A stretch of 63,330 nt of DNA, counting the filler, from Diploschistes diacapsis (lineage: Eukaryota), in NCBI GenBank assembly GCA_023645945.1. It is 26 parts of 26 records of this genome, joined end to end, with 100 filler letters (N's around TTAATTAATTAA, not from the genome) between each part and the next. Parts side by side here need not be neighbours in the genome. Positions count along the whole stretch, not along the records: positions 26,105 to 27,131 come from JALAIB010004248.1; positions 27,232 to 28,258 come from JALAIB010004249.1; positions 28,359 to 46,451 come from JALAIB010000425.1; 23 more parts are not named here. One strand, written 5' to 3'. Below are positions 26,527 through 38,315 of the stretch, piece after piece (position 1 is the stretch's first letter; each line of letters opens with the position of its first letter). A model generated the notes under the pieces. That model searched no databases. It was not told the DNA's origin and saw nothing but the letters and a program-made list of their open reading frames with translations. A program made the translations under genes and the position numbers.

Positions 26527-27131
26527 TGTGAGAAGTGTGTAGATTCGTAGCTAATCTGGAGCAAAATCTACTTATATATAGTAGATGCTAAGCGCCATCG
26601 TCATAGATGATGCCTAGACAGCGAGGTCGGCAACACCTGCCCCAGCAGCAACCCATAAGCAAGCCCAGCAACTATCACAATCTCCCCCTTTCAGCAAAAG
26701 CTTATGCCTCCATAAACATGTATCCATCTTATATTCTTATTAATAGCGATCCCAAAGCATCTTCTCTTATACCCATTTATCTTGGAGAAAAAACCTCCCA
26801 AAAAGGCTTATCAAAAGCCCTTAAATAACAAAGCAACTTTAATTCTTTCAAAAGATCAAAATCTTTACAATCGTCGCCATCTTTACCTGCATCTTATTTC
26901 TAATCTTATCTAATTTCTATAAGTTCGTTATAATTCCTTTCATAATCGGCGACGAGGTTTTTAATATATCGTAATAATTTTTTCGACGATATTTATATAT
27001 TTTCGCTAATATCGTATCCCGTTTAACGTATTAAATATTTTATTTTTCATCCTCTATCTTTTTTAAATTTCCTTTTAGCTAATAGTTTGTCCATTTTATA
27101 ATATTCTTCCTTCAAGTCGACTATTATAGAT
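26527..27131 (-). mobile_element. Chromovirus (Gypsy) 3' end: chromodomain relic, PPT and 153-bp LTR (26527-26679)
   Basis: Minus strand reads KYLIR*TGYDISENI*I..KNLVADYE (YLVRWxGY chromodomain), PPT aagggggagat, then TGTGATAG..CTCACA. Confidence 0.75.
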
Positions 27132-27231
27132 NNNNNNNNNNNNNNNNNNNNNNNNNNNNNNNNNNNNNNNNNNNNTTAATTAATTAANNNNNNNNNNNNN
27201 NNNNNNNNNNNNNNNNNNNNNNNNNNNNNNN

Positions 27232-27781
27232 GTCTATATGATAGAAATAAAAATTATAACATTTAAATATTTTTAAGAATGAATGTCTTAAATAATATAA
27301 CCGGGAAATCGTTCTTCGGAACTCAATTAATATTAACTTTAATAAGAATAACCGTAGCGGAAATTGACGTTCCGATGTCGGACTTAACAGAGGCCCGAGA
27401 AACCGATTTCGGAAATAACGATAAAGCAAATAACGGAACCCTTAAGTTTAAAATTAAAAAACTAAATAAATATTACGGAAATCGTAAGACGCTCGAGTTT
27501 TAATTCCTATAGCTTTCTACGAATTTTTGGGACTTTCGTATCGCGGACGTTAAAAATGAATAAATCGTTTACGTTACGAGCTTTATACGTGATCGCGCGT
27601 TTATATAAATAAAATCATATTTTCAAACATTTCTATTACGATAGGATAATTGTAACAGATACCTATGACAGTCCTCCGGGTGAGCGGAAGACCTCAGCCC
27701 TAGCACCGCGCCAAGGCCGCGGGCCCACATAAGAGGAGTTTTTAATAAGAAGTCTCCTACTTTCTTCTCTAGAGATTAGTT
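27232..27781 (+). mobile_element. Gypsy gag relic interrupted by LTR family E (starts 27652)
   Basis: KIKKLNKYYGNRKTLE resembles the KPDxYYGDRxxLE gag motif; TGTAACAGATACC terminus also present inverted, ending at 55432. Confidence 0.55.
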
Positions 27782-28392
27782 TAGGCTGGCCGTTGCGTGC
27801 CACGGTCACTGACACGGACACTACCGCGAAAAAATTTTCAGCACGGACACTTCCACGGACACTACACTGCAGTAAAAGCACGGACACGGATATTACGGTT
27901 AAAATTTTTTAAACACGGACACTGATACGGATACTATACTGTAGTGAAAGTACGGACACGGACATTACAATTAAAAAATTTAAAACACGGATACTGACAC
28001 GGATACTGTAATATAATGAAAACACGGACACGGATACTGCACTGAAATATTCGTGTATATACTGACATTATTCTAATATACGTATATTATTTTGATAGCG
28101 TGAGAATTGATCGTAAGAATTAAACGTAAGAATTTTATTTATAATTTATTAATATTATACCCGATAAAAACTTCTTGATATATTTTATTAAATATGAGAT
28201 CTTAATTTCGATTTTTTAGTTTTCTTCGGTTTCGAATAGACTAACGGAACGACGATATNNNNNNNNNNNNNNNNNNNNNNNNNNNNNNNNNNNNNNNNNN
28301 NNTTAATTAATTAANNNNNNNNNNNNNNNNNNNNNNNNNNNNNNNNNNNNNNNNNNNNCCCCCCCCTCCCCATTTCCTCTCCATTCCCAACG

Positions 28393-30117
28393 TCACACTT
28401 CCTCCCTTCCACTGCGGCCAGCTCCCTTCTCCTTCTCCTTCTCCTTCTCCCTCTCCTTCCTTGGCTCAGACCCATCCTCGCGTCCATCCCGCATGAATCC
28501 CAAAGGTCTCATTATCCCTGGCTCAACGTCGACGCCCGCGCTGTTCGGAATGCCCTTGATCTCAACGCGGGAGACTTGTTCGTTGATGTCTAGAGCCTTC
28601 GGCCTGGAGTTTTTCGGGTCGGTGGCTGTGGTCATAGTCGTGGGCAGGGTTTCTGGCTCTGGTGAGGCCAGTGCGCTGGTAGGAGGGTGGTTTCCTTTGT
28701 GGTGTGGACCCCTGTTTGTTGCCCAAGCCGGGTCGGATATCGGCTCGGCGACGTCGGGGTAGCTATCATCGTCGTGCTGGTGGAACTGCTGCTCCATGGC
28801 CCTGGCGTCGGAGTAGTACTCTATGTGCTTGATGTTACTATGCACAACTTGTATGCTCTTCCGGATGCCTTCAACGCGCAGGGAGCCTGCGGGCGGCGCC
28901 TCTTCTCCACCGGGCGAACGCACGGGACTATTTTCCGCCTCCTTGTCATTCCACTCAGACTCGTGCAGCGCACTTTCTAGCACTTCTAGTACTTGTCGCC
29001 GGCTATTCTGGTACATGAACATGCCTAGAACCTCTGGTATCGTGTCCGGCAAGAACGCGAGCTCGTCGCCGCCTGCACTCACGAAATTTTTTACATGATC
29101 CAGCTTCTTCCGGTCGATCGTCGTCTTCTTCATCTCTTTCAGCAAGCTCGCTACGTTCGTGATGTATTCCTCCTCGCTCTCCGAGTCCTCGGGTGAGACC
29201 AAGCGTGTGCCGAAGTAGCTAGATCTGTTGCCGCCCCCTCGCTCGATAGAGGATCCCCGACTCGACTCTCTCCTGGCTGAGTGAATCGTGAAATAGTCCT
29301 GTGTGAAGTCATGTGCTTTGTTGCCCGTTTCGTGATGCGGCGCGATCTTCACTCTCTTTCTGAGCCACCTTCTCCTTCTCACAGAACTGTGAAACCATGG
29401 ATGCGTACCGTGCCAGGAAAACCGCCGCCCGAAAGATAGAGAGTACTGCCACCCTTCTTCGTCCACATCGTCCGTCATGTCGACGTACCATCTCTTCCAC
29501 GACCATATCCACGTCGGGTCGGGCACCTGCGCATTACGTATATCGACGGGCGAATCCTGGAAGTCGACATTCGTCCAAGGCGAAGGATCGAAGTTCAGCA
29601 AAGATCTAGAAGAGTAGAAAGGGTAACCGAAGAGGAACAAGCCACGCTGGTTCTCGTACAGAATGTCAGTTGTGGACTCTTTCTCTTTCGCGCGCGCAGC
29701 GCGCTTGCTGCGGAAGTGTAAACGCTCCAGCAGGCGGCCGCGGTGGGCATCGAGGGATCTCTTGACAGCTTCGGACTTGCGCGAGACTGTAGGCTTGCCT
29801 CTTGTAGACATGGAGGTTGGGGAGGCTTCGAGGTCCTTACCCTCGGCGTAGCGGTCCTCTTGGAAGCGTGCATATTTGCGGCGGGTGTATTCCTCTTTCA
29901 TGGCGGTTTTGGAGAGGAGGGTGCCTCGGAGGGAGTGCTCGCCCGTTGTGGCTCGAGCGATCTCGGTGCTTGGGCCCGCAGATCTAGTAGGGGAGGCTTG
30001 GTCCTTTGGAGTGCTTGTGGCATCTTGGAGGGAAATCTCATGGTCGTAGGGGTCGATAGGTGTGGACGAGGTGGGGAATGTGCCTCGGATGGGCGCGGTA
30101 ACGACTGAGAGAGGCAT
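28393..30117 (-). CDS. mug65: Spo73/Mug65-like dysferlin-domain protein
   Basis: DILYENQRG..F..YSSRSLLNFDPSPW, QVPDPTWIWSWKRWYVDM..DVDEEGWQYS and VRRRRWLRKR DysF motifs; intronless 574 aa. Confidence 0.8.
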   Translation of the reverse strand: MPLSVVTAPIRGTFPTSSTPIDPYDHEISLQDATSTPKDQASPTRSAGPSTEIARATTGEHSLRGTLLSKTAMKEEYTRRKYARFQEDRYAEGKDLEASPTSMSTRGKPTVSRKSEAVKRSLDAHRGRLLERLHFRSKRAARAKEKESTTDILYENQRGLFLFGYPFYSSRSLLNFDPSPWTNVDFQDSPVDIRNAQVPDPTWIWSWKRWYVDMTDDVDEEGWQYSLSFGRRFSWHGTHPWFHSSVRRRRWLRKRVKIAPHHETGNKAHDFTQDYFTIHSARRESSRGSSIERGGGNRSSYFGTRLVSPEDSESEEEYITNVASLLKEMKKTTIDRKKLDHVKNFVSAGGDELAFLPDTIPEVLGMFMYQNSRRQVLEVLESALHESEWNDKEAENSPVRSPGGEEAPPAGSLRVEGIRKSIQVVHSNIKHIEYYSDARAMEQQFHQHDDDSYPDVAEPISDPAWATNRGPHHKGNHPPTSALASPEPETLPTTMTTATDPKNSRPKALDINEQVSRVEIKGIPNSAGVDVEPGIMRPLGFMRDGREDGSEPRKEREKEKEKEKGAGRSGREEV

Positions 30118-30554
30118 TGGGAGCTCGACGGAATTCTGCAGTCTCTAGGACTGCTTTAGTGAGGGTAATGTCGCTAGTTAGTCAAGATGCAAATTTGGGG
30201 ATAAAGAGCTAAGGCGAGGCTTCCGCTAGGGTTGCAGCATCGTACATGCCCTGCGTAGTGTCATCACCCATTATGAGTTCAGTAAATGAGGGAACCTTGA
30301 TGAACGAGGGTAGCTCCCTTAAGGGTGATAATTAGCCTGCCAGAAACATATATATTCTCAAAAATCTTAAGTGCCAAGCATTGTTGTTGACCTCGGGAAA
30401 GCCGAGGGTGACGGCCAATTACGTCACAGTAGAAGCTAAGCTTGTACAAAGTACAAGGAAAGCTCTCTTCTCCAACTTCCAAGTTAACCTCCATTTCAAA
30501 TTGTTCCGAGTGATCAAGAACTACTACATATCATTCTCAAATACATACTCCACC

Positions 30555-31084
30555 ATGTCTCGCAGAACAATTACCACCGTCGGCCTCATCGGTGCTGCCG
30601 GTGTGGGCTACTACTTCTACAGCGCTGGCGGTGATCCAAAGGTCGCGCAAAAGATGGCCGAGCGTATGAAGACCTTCTATGCAATTGATACCTTGCACTA
30701 ACTTCAAATAGGCGATGCGTCCCGTGTCTCAGGAGGCGGAAAGGAGGCTCAGAAGCAAGGCGAGGAATGGGCTTCCAGGGCTGGTAAGAGCGTTGACAAG
30801 GGGGTAAGTTACCGTATCGGCCTGAGTTCTGCCCATTATATTTGACAATATCTTACTAGGTTGCGGACGCGAAAGCACTGGGTAAGGATTATGAAAAACA
30901 GTTGAACAAAACTGTTGGAGACGTGGAGTCAAAGCTTTCTCATCTCAAGTCGGATGCTGCCAGCAAGTTTGAGGGGGCTCGCAAAGATTCCAAGCAGGAA
31001 ATTGACAATTTCGACAAGACTGTCGAGAGGAAGACTGCTGAGGCGAAGAGTGGCGTTTCGTCCTGGTTTGGGTCATCGAAGTGA
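30555..31084 (+). CDS. Small N-anchored LEA-like/helical protein (3 exons)
   Basis: MSRRTITTVGLIGAAGVGYYFYSAGGDPK; introns 30664-30711 and 30804-30859 restore frame to ..KTAEAKSGVSSWFGSSK. Confidence 0.8.
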
Positions 31085-31326
31085 AGTGGTGGAGCGCTGC
31101 ACAGATGCATCAATAGCAAGAAATTTGGTTGGGTGTTTTTTGTCCGAATAGACAGTAGATCATGTAAAGCCTGGCGAACCCAGTCGAAAAATTATCTCTC
31201 TACTACTGCTATCACCAAATCCGCTCGTCAGCACGGGTCCAAGAAACATTGCAGCGTCATAACTTGAAGAGTCAACGGCGAATGCCAAGCCTATTTAAGC
31301 GCTTCACCGAAAGTAGACAAGCGTTG

Positions 31327-31369
31327 GCGCGTGGCCTCTCCAACGCGTCGACCCGGCAAATGAACGCGC
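31327..31369. promoter_or_regulatory. Putative MCB (MluI cell-cycle box) cluster upstream of cdt1
   Basis: ACGCGT at 31343-31348 plus GCGCGT and ACGCG half-matches, 110-150 bp upstream of the ATG; cdt1 is a known MBF target in fission yeast. Confidence 0.55.
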
Positions 31370-31475
31370 TTTACCCAACCCCCTCCTTGTCAGCACCTCA
31401 ACAACCATCCTCAATTGTATCGTCACTTCCACCAATTCAGTGTTACTACGTGTAACTGTAGAAGAGGAAGGCAAG

Positions 31476-33050
31476 ATGGGTCCATCACTCAAGAAACGGA
31501 AGATTATCGACGGCACTGCCTCCCAACGCGCTTTCAACCAGAGCATTATCGCGTTTGGGCGAGTCACGAAGTCCAGCGTCTTGCAGCAGGCAAAGAAAGA
31601 TAAAGCGATTGCGGTGAAGTTTGCACATGAATCCGACTCGGAGCGCGAGCACAAGAAGCCATCGAGAGATGCGCAGCGCAAGGAGACAAAAAAGAGGAGA
31701 AGAGAGGAGGAAGAGGATACTCAGATACAAAGTCTCGAGGATAGCTCAATCAATCTTGTAGGCGCGATTGATCGAGTAAATTTGAAGTCACACAAGACTA
31801 ATGGCGTTGGTCCTGCGACGCCTTCGAAGTCGAGGAAGAAGGCAAAGATAACTCCCAAGGCAGTCACTGAAACTCCCACAAAAGGAGCTCGTACTTTCCT
31901 CGAGGCCTTTATGATATCTTCGCCGCATAGCAAACGCTCCTCATCACCAGCTCAACAACCGTCCCCGCCTTCCTCAATCAATTCCGAACCTCTACATACG
32001 ACAATAGACCAGAACCGCTTGTCTGAAGAGACCCAGGATCTTGTTGACTTGCATAATGCCTTCCTCAACGCCCTTTCACTCCACTACGCCCACAACGGCA
32101 CGTCTTCTCCTTTCGACATTAGACAATTGATTCCAGGTATTAAACGGCGATGGGGGAAAAGGCATATCACCACGGAAGATGTTCAACGTCTTCTAGGAAT
32201 TCAGCAACATGGCCTCCATCAACACGGCACGGGCAGTTGTCTCTCTCTTATTGAGTACAGCAGATCGAAAATCTGCCTTGAGTACAGTTCACCTTCAGAG
32301 TCTGCGTTCCCAGTCGACACATTGCGGAACATTTTCTTATCCAACATTCAGAAGATTCTCAAGTCTGGCAAGGAATATCCACTCGCGCCAATCACGCCCT
32401 TAGCATCAGAAAAGCAAGGACCTAGCAAGGGCGCTTTACGTCTGGCAGAGATCAAATGTCGACCAGTCGAGGCACAACCTGCAGCATCTGCGAAGCTTCC
32501 TCAGGATGCAGCAAGCACTCAACCCACCAAACCCGACAGCCGAGCCGCGTCGCTCGTAGATAGGATCAGAATGAAAGAAGCCCATGCGGCGAGCCTACCC
32601 GCTCCTCCGAGTGCAGAGGCTCTCGCACGGAGAGCAGCACTGATGCGTCTCGAGGAAGTCATTCCAGTGCTTGAGATCCTTTCCGGGTCTTCATCAGCAT
32701 CGGTGGCATCGAGAAACCTTTACTCTTCGTCTTCATCACAAGCTTCGCTTGACGCACTGATGAGACCGAATATGTCTAGTTTAGGCGCAAGCTTAGGCAT
32801 CGGTCCCGCTCATCCGGCCAAGGTCGTTTCTTTCACGCTCGGAACTGTCATGCAACATCTGCAAAATTCGCTGAAGCACCCGATAGCGAAAGAAGAGGCA
32901 GAGAGGTGTGTCAGACTTCTTGCGACGGAGGTTGCGCCTCGATGGATTGGAATAAGGGAAGTTGGGAAGGTTGTAGGAATCACCTTCCGTGGCAAGGTCG
33001 GACGCGCAGAGTGGACGGGAAGATTGAGAGAGCTTATAGATGCCACTTGA
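31476..33050 (+). CDS. cdt1: DNA replication licensing factor Cdt1
   Basis: N-terminal PIP-like QSIIAFGRVTK, LxDLHxAFLxALSLHYAHNG, SLVDRIRMKE, and C-terminal winged helix SFTLGTVMQHLQNSL..EEAERCVRLLATEVAPRW. Confidence 0.8.
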   Translation: MGPSLKKRKIIDGTASQRAFNQSIIAFGRVTKSSVLQQAKKDKAIAVKFAHESDSEREHKKPSRDAQRKETKKRRREEEEDTQIQSLEDSSINLVGAIDRVNLKSHKTNGVGPATPSKSRKKAKITPKAVTETPTKGARTFLEAFMISSPHSKRSSSPAQQPSPPSSINSEPLHTTIDQNRLSEETQDLVDLHNAFLNALSLHYAHNGTSSPFDIRQLIPGIKRRWGKRHITTEDVQRLLGIQQHGLHQHGTGSCLSLIEYSRSKICLEYSSPSESAFPVDTLRNIFLSNIQKILKSGKEYPLAPITPLASEKQGPSKGALRLAEIKCRPVEAQPAASAKLPQDAASTQPTKPDSRAASLVDRIRMKEAHAASLPAPPSAEALARRAALMRLEEVIPVLEILSGSSSASVASRNLYSSSSSQASLDALMRPNMSSLGASLGIGPAHPAKVVSFTLGTVMQHLQNSLKHPIAKEEAERCVRLLATEVAPRWIGIREVGKVVGITFRGKVGRAEWTGRLRELIDAT

Positions 33051-33586
33051 AGATGGGGTGCAAGTTGTACGGATGGTTGGATGATTGGAAACTGAAGATT
33101 GGTGACTCCAAATGGCGGAGCAATGTTAATGTTGAAGCCTCGGTTGCTCTCCGTTCTTGATGATGCGCAACGGTTTCTTAAGGCATGGGAGGAGTGCCCA
33201 TTTTTTAACATCCCTTGTTAGCATATTAAGCGTCTCTTGAAAACGGATAACAGGCTGCTTCGCTCTCTGATGACACTAAAACGTACTTGTAACGTGCACA
33301 TGCATAATGTTACCGCGCGTAAGCTTGAGATTGGTCGAGTCGATAGTGTGCATGTAGCGGGATGACGATGGCGGCGCAACTCGCCCAAATAGGCAAATCC
33401 TTCACACAACTCGGCCGAGGGGCGTTGTTTTGCCGAGTTCGCAACAGGGAGTTGCCCTGTATGTAGTTCTGGTGTGCTCTGATGTGGGGGCTTTGTTCCA
33501 TACCCCCAAAACCCTATGCATTCCCTACCTATGCTTGTCATCAACTATTCGCCAAGTATCCTTTACCTTTCAGACCTGCATCCGTA

Positions 33587-35038
33587 ATGCCTCCGTCACC
33601 GATAGGTCCTGGCCGCCGCCACCTTCAAACCTTCCTCTCCAAAAGCGCAACCCGCTGTCCCCCTTTCGTGTCCTCCCCCCGAACAGCAGCCGCAGCGCAC
33701 GCCTCGACAATGTCGGACACATTCAAGAAGATCCGGGTCAAGAACCCGCTCGTCGAGATGGACGGCGACGAAATGACGCGCATCATATGGGCCGACATCA
33801 AGAACAAGTTCATCCACCCATACCTCGACATCGACCTGAAATACTACGACCTCGGCCTGCCCTACCGCGACGAGACCAACGACCAGGTCACGCACGACGC
33901 CGCGGAAGCCACCAAGAAGTACAGCGTGGCCGTCAAGTGCGCGACCATTACCCCAGACGAAGCAAGGGTGAAGGAGTTCAAGCTGAAACAGATGTGGCTG
34001 AGCCCCAACGGCACGATAAGGAACCACCTCGGTGGCACTGTCTTCCGCGAGCCAATCGTCATCCCGCGCATCCCGCGGCTCGTGCCGGGCTGGGAGAAGC
34101 CGATCATTATCGGACGACATGCGTTCGGAGACCAGTACCGAGCCAAGGACTTTGTGGCGCCGGGTCCGGGGACGCTGGAGATGGTGTACACGCCCAAGGA
34201 CGGCGGCGAAGCGACGCGGATAAAAGTGTTCGACTACGAGGGCGGCGGCGTGGCGCAGACGCAGTACAACACGGACGAGAGCATCGCGGGGTTCGCACAA
34301 GCGAGCTTCAAGCTCGCGCTGGCTAAGAGTTTGCCCTTGTACATGTCGACGAAGAACACGATTCTGAAAAAGTACGACGGGAGGTTCAAGGATATTTTCC
34401 AGGGAATCTACGACACGCAGTTCAAGAAGCAGTACGAGGACAAGGGCATCTGGTACGAGCATAGGCTCATCGACGACATGGTGGCGCAGATGATGAAGAG
34501 CAATGGCGGATATGTCATGGCGCTGAAAAGTACGGACTCCCCCTTCTTCCCCCCCTGCCGTACCATCAGTCCCTTGCAATGGCATACTTTTGTGACTAAC
34601 GCCATCTCCCCAGACTACGACGGCGACGTCCAATCCGACATCGTCGCCCAAGGCTTCGGCTCCCTCGGCCTGATGACCTCCGTGCTCATCACGCCGGACG
34701 GCAAGACCTTCGAGTCGGAAGCCGCGCACGGCACAGTAACGCGGCACTACCGCGAGCACCAGAAGGGCAACCCGACGTCGACGAACCCGATCGCCAGCGT
34801 CTTCGCCTGGACGCGCGGCCTGGTGCAGCGCGGGATGCTGGACGATACGCCGGAGTTGGTGGCGTTCGCGGAGAGTCTGGAGAAGGCGTGCGTCGACACG
34901 GTGGATATGGACGGCATGATGACGAAGGATCTGGCCATTGCGTGCGGGCAGAAGGATTTCGTGACGACGGGCGAGTATCTGGCGAGGGTGGAGGAAAGGA
35001 TGAGGGGGGAGTATTTGAACAAGACTTCAAAGCTGTAG
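33587..35038 (+). CDS. IDP1: NADP-dependent isocitrate dehydrogenase (mitochondrial presequence, downstream ATG 33710, C-terminal SKL)
   Basis: [41 protein letters not shown] (after removing the 84-nt intron 34530-34613) and [10 protein letters not shown]. Confidence 0.97.
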   Translation: MPPSPIGPGRRHLQTFLSKSATRCPPFVSSPRTAAAAHASTMSDTFKKIRVKNPLVEMDGDEMTRIIWADIKNKFIHPYLDIDLKYYDLGLPYRDETNDQVTHDAAEATKKYSVAVKCATITPDEARVKEFKLKQMWLSPNGTIRNHLGGTVFREPIVIPRIPRLVPGWEKPIIIGRHAFGDQYRAKDFVAPGPGTLEMVYTPKDGGEATRIKVFDYEGGGVAQTQYNTDESIAGFAQASFKLALAKSLPLYMSTKNTILKKYDGRFKDIFQGIYDTQFKKQYEDKGIWYEHRLIDDMVAQMMKSNGGYVMALKSTDSPFFPPCRTISPLQWHTFVTNAISPDYDGDVQSDIVAQGFGSLGLMTSVLITPDGKTFESEAAHGTVTRHYREHQKGNPTSTNPIASVFAWTRGLVQRGMLDDTPELVAFAESLEKACVDTVDMDGMMTKDLAIACGQKDFVTTGEYLARVEERMRGEYLNKTSKL

Positions 35039-35495
35039 AAGTGGTGGAGTGTCAGCTATCAAGGCTTTCGAATGGTGTCAACGATGGGACAGAGACATGG
35101 AATACTTGGTGTAGGGGCAGGAAGAATATAGGGGTATCCAAAAGGCCCGAGGGCCTGCGAGAGAAGGGTTCAATGTATATAGAATGGGAAGAGTTGATGA
35201 CGACATATGTTGGAGAGGGCAAGACTGTACCTAAACAAGATTGGCATTTTCAGATAGCGTTCTGCAGGCATGCATTACGAGAGACTAATGGAGCAACAGC
35301 AGGGCATCCATATGGATAGAGCTGCTGATACTAGTTTATGATTCTGATCCGCTCGCTATAATTGCTGCATTCAACAAGTAACATACTCCGTCCACACTCA
35401 CTTCCAGTCATTCAACCATCCCGCTAGCAAAAGCATCATGCTTCTCTCATCAGCCATGATCCCAATCCGTCTTCGCTTTGCTATGCCCACTTCAT

Positions 35496-36093
35496 TTACT
35501 TCTTATCAGGCAGCGGCTCTCCCGTCCGCGGGCTTATCTTGAGCACCCGGCAGACCTTGTTCAGTAGCTGCTGGTTCTTGATCGCAGCACCGCTCTCCAG
35601 CGTCTTGATATCGTTGGCACTGACATTGCACTTCTGCGCGAGTTGTGCCTGCGTCAGCTTGTACCCTTCCTCGGCCCGGCGTTTCTTGATAGCTTCAGAC
35701 ACTTTCGTGTCCGTCTTCTGCGGAGCTATAACGTCGTCGGCTCGGTCGACCTTCGTCAGGCGCTGGCCTTCGGTGCCCTTGTCTGCCTATGAAGGGAGAG
35801 AGAAGTTAGTGGGTGGAAGATCAGGGGTTAGGAATTGATGGAAATGAAGAAAGAGCTGATGGGAAGGTGATCGTAGAGAATGATAGAGAGGATATTGTTT
35901 GGGACAATTAAATAGACACACTTACAGCATTGGCCGTGGCAAACTTTTTTTCAGTTGTGATAGCAGCGCCCGCTCGCTGAGCAGCATTGAGAGCCGACTT
36001 GCCCCTTATGACTGTTTCGCGATCACTACCTCCGCCACTTCGAACCTTGCTGCCGATCTTGGTGACAGAATCCCAGCCGTCGTTGCCACTCAT
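35496..36093 (-). CDS. MBF1: Multiprotein bridging factor 1
   Basis: [23 protein letters not shown], intron 35787-35925, [10 protein letters not shown] and C-terminal HTH ([11 protein letters not shown]). Confidence 0.95.
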
Positions 36094-36523
36094 TTTGGAT
36101 AGGATGTTAGGAAGTGAGGAAGGAGGGTTGAAGTAAGCTCGATGGATGACAAGGCGTGAAAAGGGGGTTTCTAATTAGTGTTCTTATTTGCCGCTGAGAT
36201 GAAGGCCAGGCTTTGAGGTTATCTAGTTTGGGAGTGAAGAGGTGCAGAGGTTTAACGTGGAATGTCTTGAAGACCGAGAGGGACACAAAAAGTACAGATT
36301 TCGATAAGTCGAGAAGCTAATGGATATCAGATCGACTCATCGGGAGCTAAGCCCTATTCGGGCATGACTTCATGTATGGATCAAAGTTTTGCTCGGATCT
36401 CACCATGATTTCTAGATCATTTACATACCCGTAACGCTATGGGCTACCTATATTTGGAGAAAGAGCAGATTTGAGACTTCCGCTGCGAAGTCCTGCTGCC
36501 TCTGCTGAGTTGAGAAAGGGGAG

Positions 36524-38315
36524 ATGAGCACTTATAATGCTATTACGTTTTGTTTGCTGGGACTGGTGACTGGCGTGCATTTCCTATTCGGCTTTGCAAA
36601 TGTGCTTGGGTTGAAGAACGTTATCTTTATATTGGTGGTTCGGGCCTATGTCTGGTGCTATAAGGAGGGAATTGTCTCGAAAGTCTATGGACTCCCTATA
36701 CTGTTCGCTTTTTGGTGCATGGCAAATCTAGGTCCAAGCCTGTATAAATGTGTTTTGCAGAAAACCCATCTTGAGTTGTTGGGGGATCACAATTTGCTTC
36801 AGCCTTTGATCTTTCCATCTCGAACGACGCATACGCGATTGTTTCCAAGAAAGCATAGCTTCTCTTACTCGTATTTACTTGTTGGAGTTCCGGTAGGATG
36901 GAGAGGCTCCGCTGGTTCAATGATATCTGCAGATGGAAAGAACGATGGATACGCTTCGGTGTCTAAGTCATGGTTCCATGTCGATGCAGCAAATTATTTG
37001 CATAGAGGGAAAAGCGAAGATGGTCTCGACGGAAAGCTTGCGATGTATTTGGAGTCTCAGGTTCGCAGGTTCTTTGAAAAATAAGTATCTCTTCTTCCTG
37101 ACACGGTTGTTTAGGGAGAGTCTCTGAATGATTATCCTAATGCATACCTTGTCACTGCTCCAAGGTTTCTGGGATACGCGTTCAATCCAGTCTCATTCTG
37201 GTACTTGTACTCCGAGGATATGCGGCTCAAGGCCATGATACTGGAAGTCAATAATACCTTTGATGAGAGACGTATGTATTTCATGAAGCAAGACCGTGGT
37301 ATGGATGGTGAAGATCTTGCAAGCAAAGAGACAGCGAAGTTCACCAAAACCTGGCCTAAGGACTTCCACGTATCCCCCTTCAACTCCAGAAAAGGTGCCT
37401 ATTCCTTAGTTGCCACTGATCCTCTTGCAAGCTCTGGTACTCGTGTCGATAACAGTATTACCCTCAAGTCTTCCAAAGATCATGTCAAGATCGTTGCCCG
37501 TGTATTTTCCACTGAACCTGGACTGAACCCGCTTGCCCTGGGTTCCTGGTCTAAGATAAGCTTGATCCTTGTCTGGAGTTGGGTCGGCTTCGTAACATTT
37601 CCGCGTATAGTCAAAGAGGCTGCCAAGCTATTTTTTCAGCGAAAGCTGCATGTCTGGTACAGACCAGAGGTAGTACAGACCAGCATAGGCCGACAGCCCA
37701 CATGGCGTGAATTGTATGCTCTTGCCCTTTATCACGACACCGTTTGCTGAGTGCAGTTACAGGCCCATCCGCCAGTGCTTTAAATTATTCCTGAAGCATC
37801 AAATCGAATCAGACCCATCATTAACTTCGAGGCCAAACGAGCAACAGACCAATGTCCTCCAGGAGTCCGGTTTCAAGGTTCTGACACCCCAGTTTTATAC
37901 AGAAATTGCTGTTGCTCCGTCGCCTGCGTCCTATATGTTAGCCTTTGCCCAGACACCTGTAGAGAAACGGACATTCCACGCCGCAAATACTGAATTGGTG
38001 CAGCCGCTTTCAGATATGTTCTCACTGTCTGCTTTCGATCATCATCAAACTCCTCTTCAAGTCCACGAAAGCGCTTTATCTTACCTACGCTGGTCTCTTC
38101 TATCGTTGCTCCGTAATGGCCGTGCTCATTCTCTAGACACATTTTCACGGAGTCACCTGCAGTCGCCGCTTGCTGAATCTTACCGACGTGCAGTGTCAAC
38201 TTTGCTGTTAAGTCAATATCTCTGCTTTGGGGTCGTGGAGGTACTAGATGTGGTTTGGGCGGCTCTGAATGTTTGGGTTGTATGGATAAGCACAGGGTTG
38301 GTTCTTTTCACATAA
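36524..38315 (+). CDS. DUF1365-family membrane protein (3 exons)
   Basis: HTRLFPRKHSFSYSY, PRFLGYAFNPVSFWY, LEVNNTFDERR and KDFHVSPFN; introns 37061-37114 and 37713-37762 restore frame. Confidence 0.88.

Noticed and set aside
33596..34759. 387-aa antisense ORF and 298-aa shifted ORF over IDH
   Set aside because: Expected shadows of a gene with very high GC3
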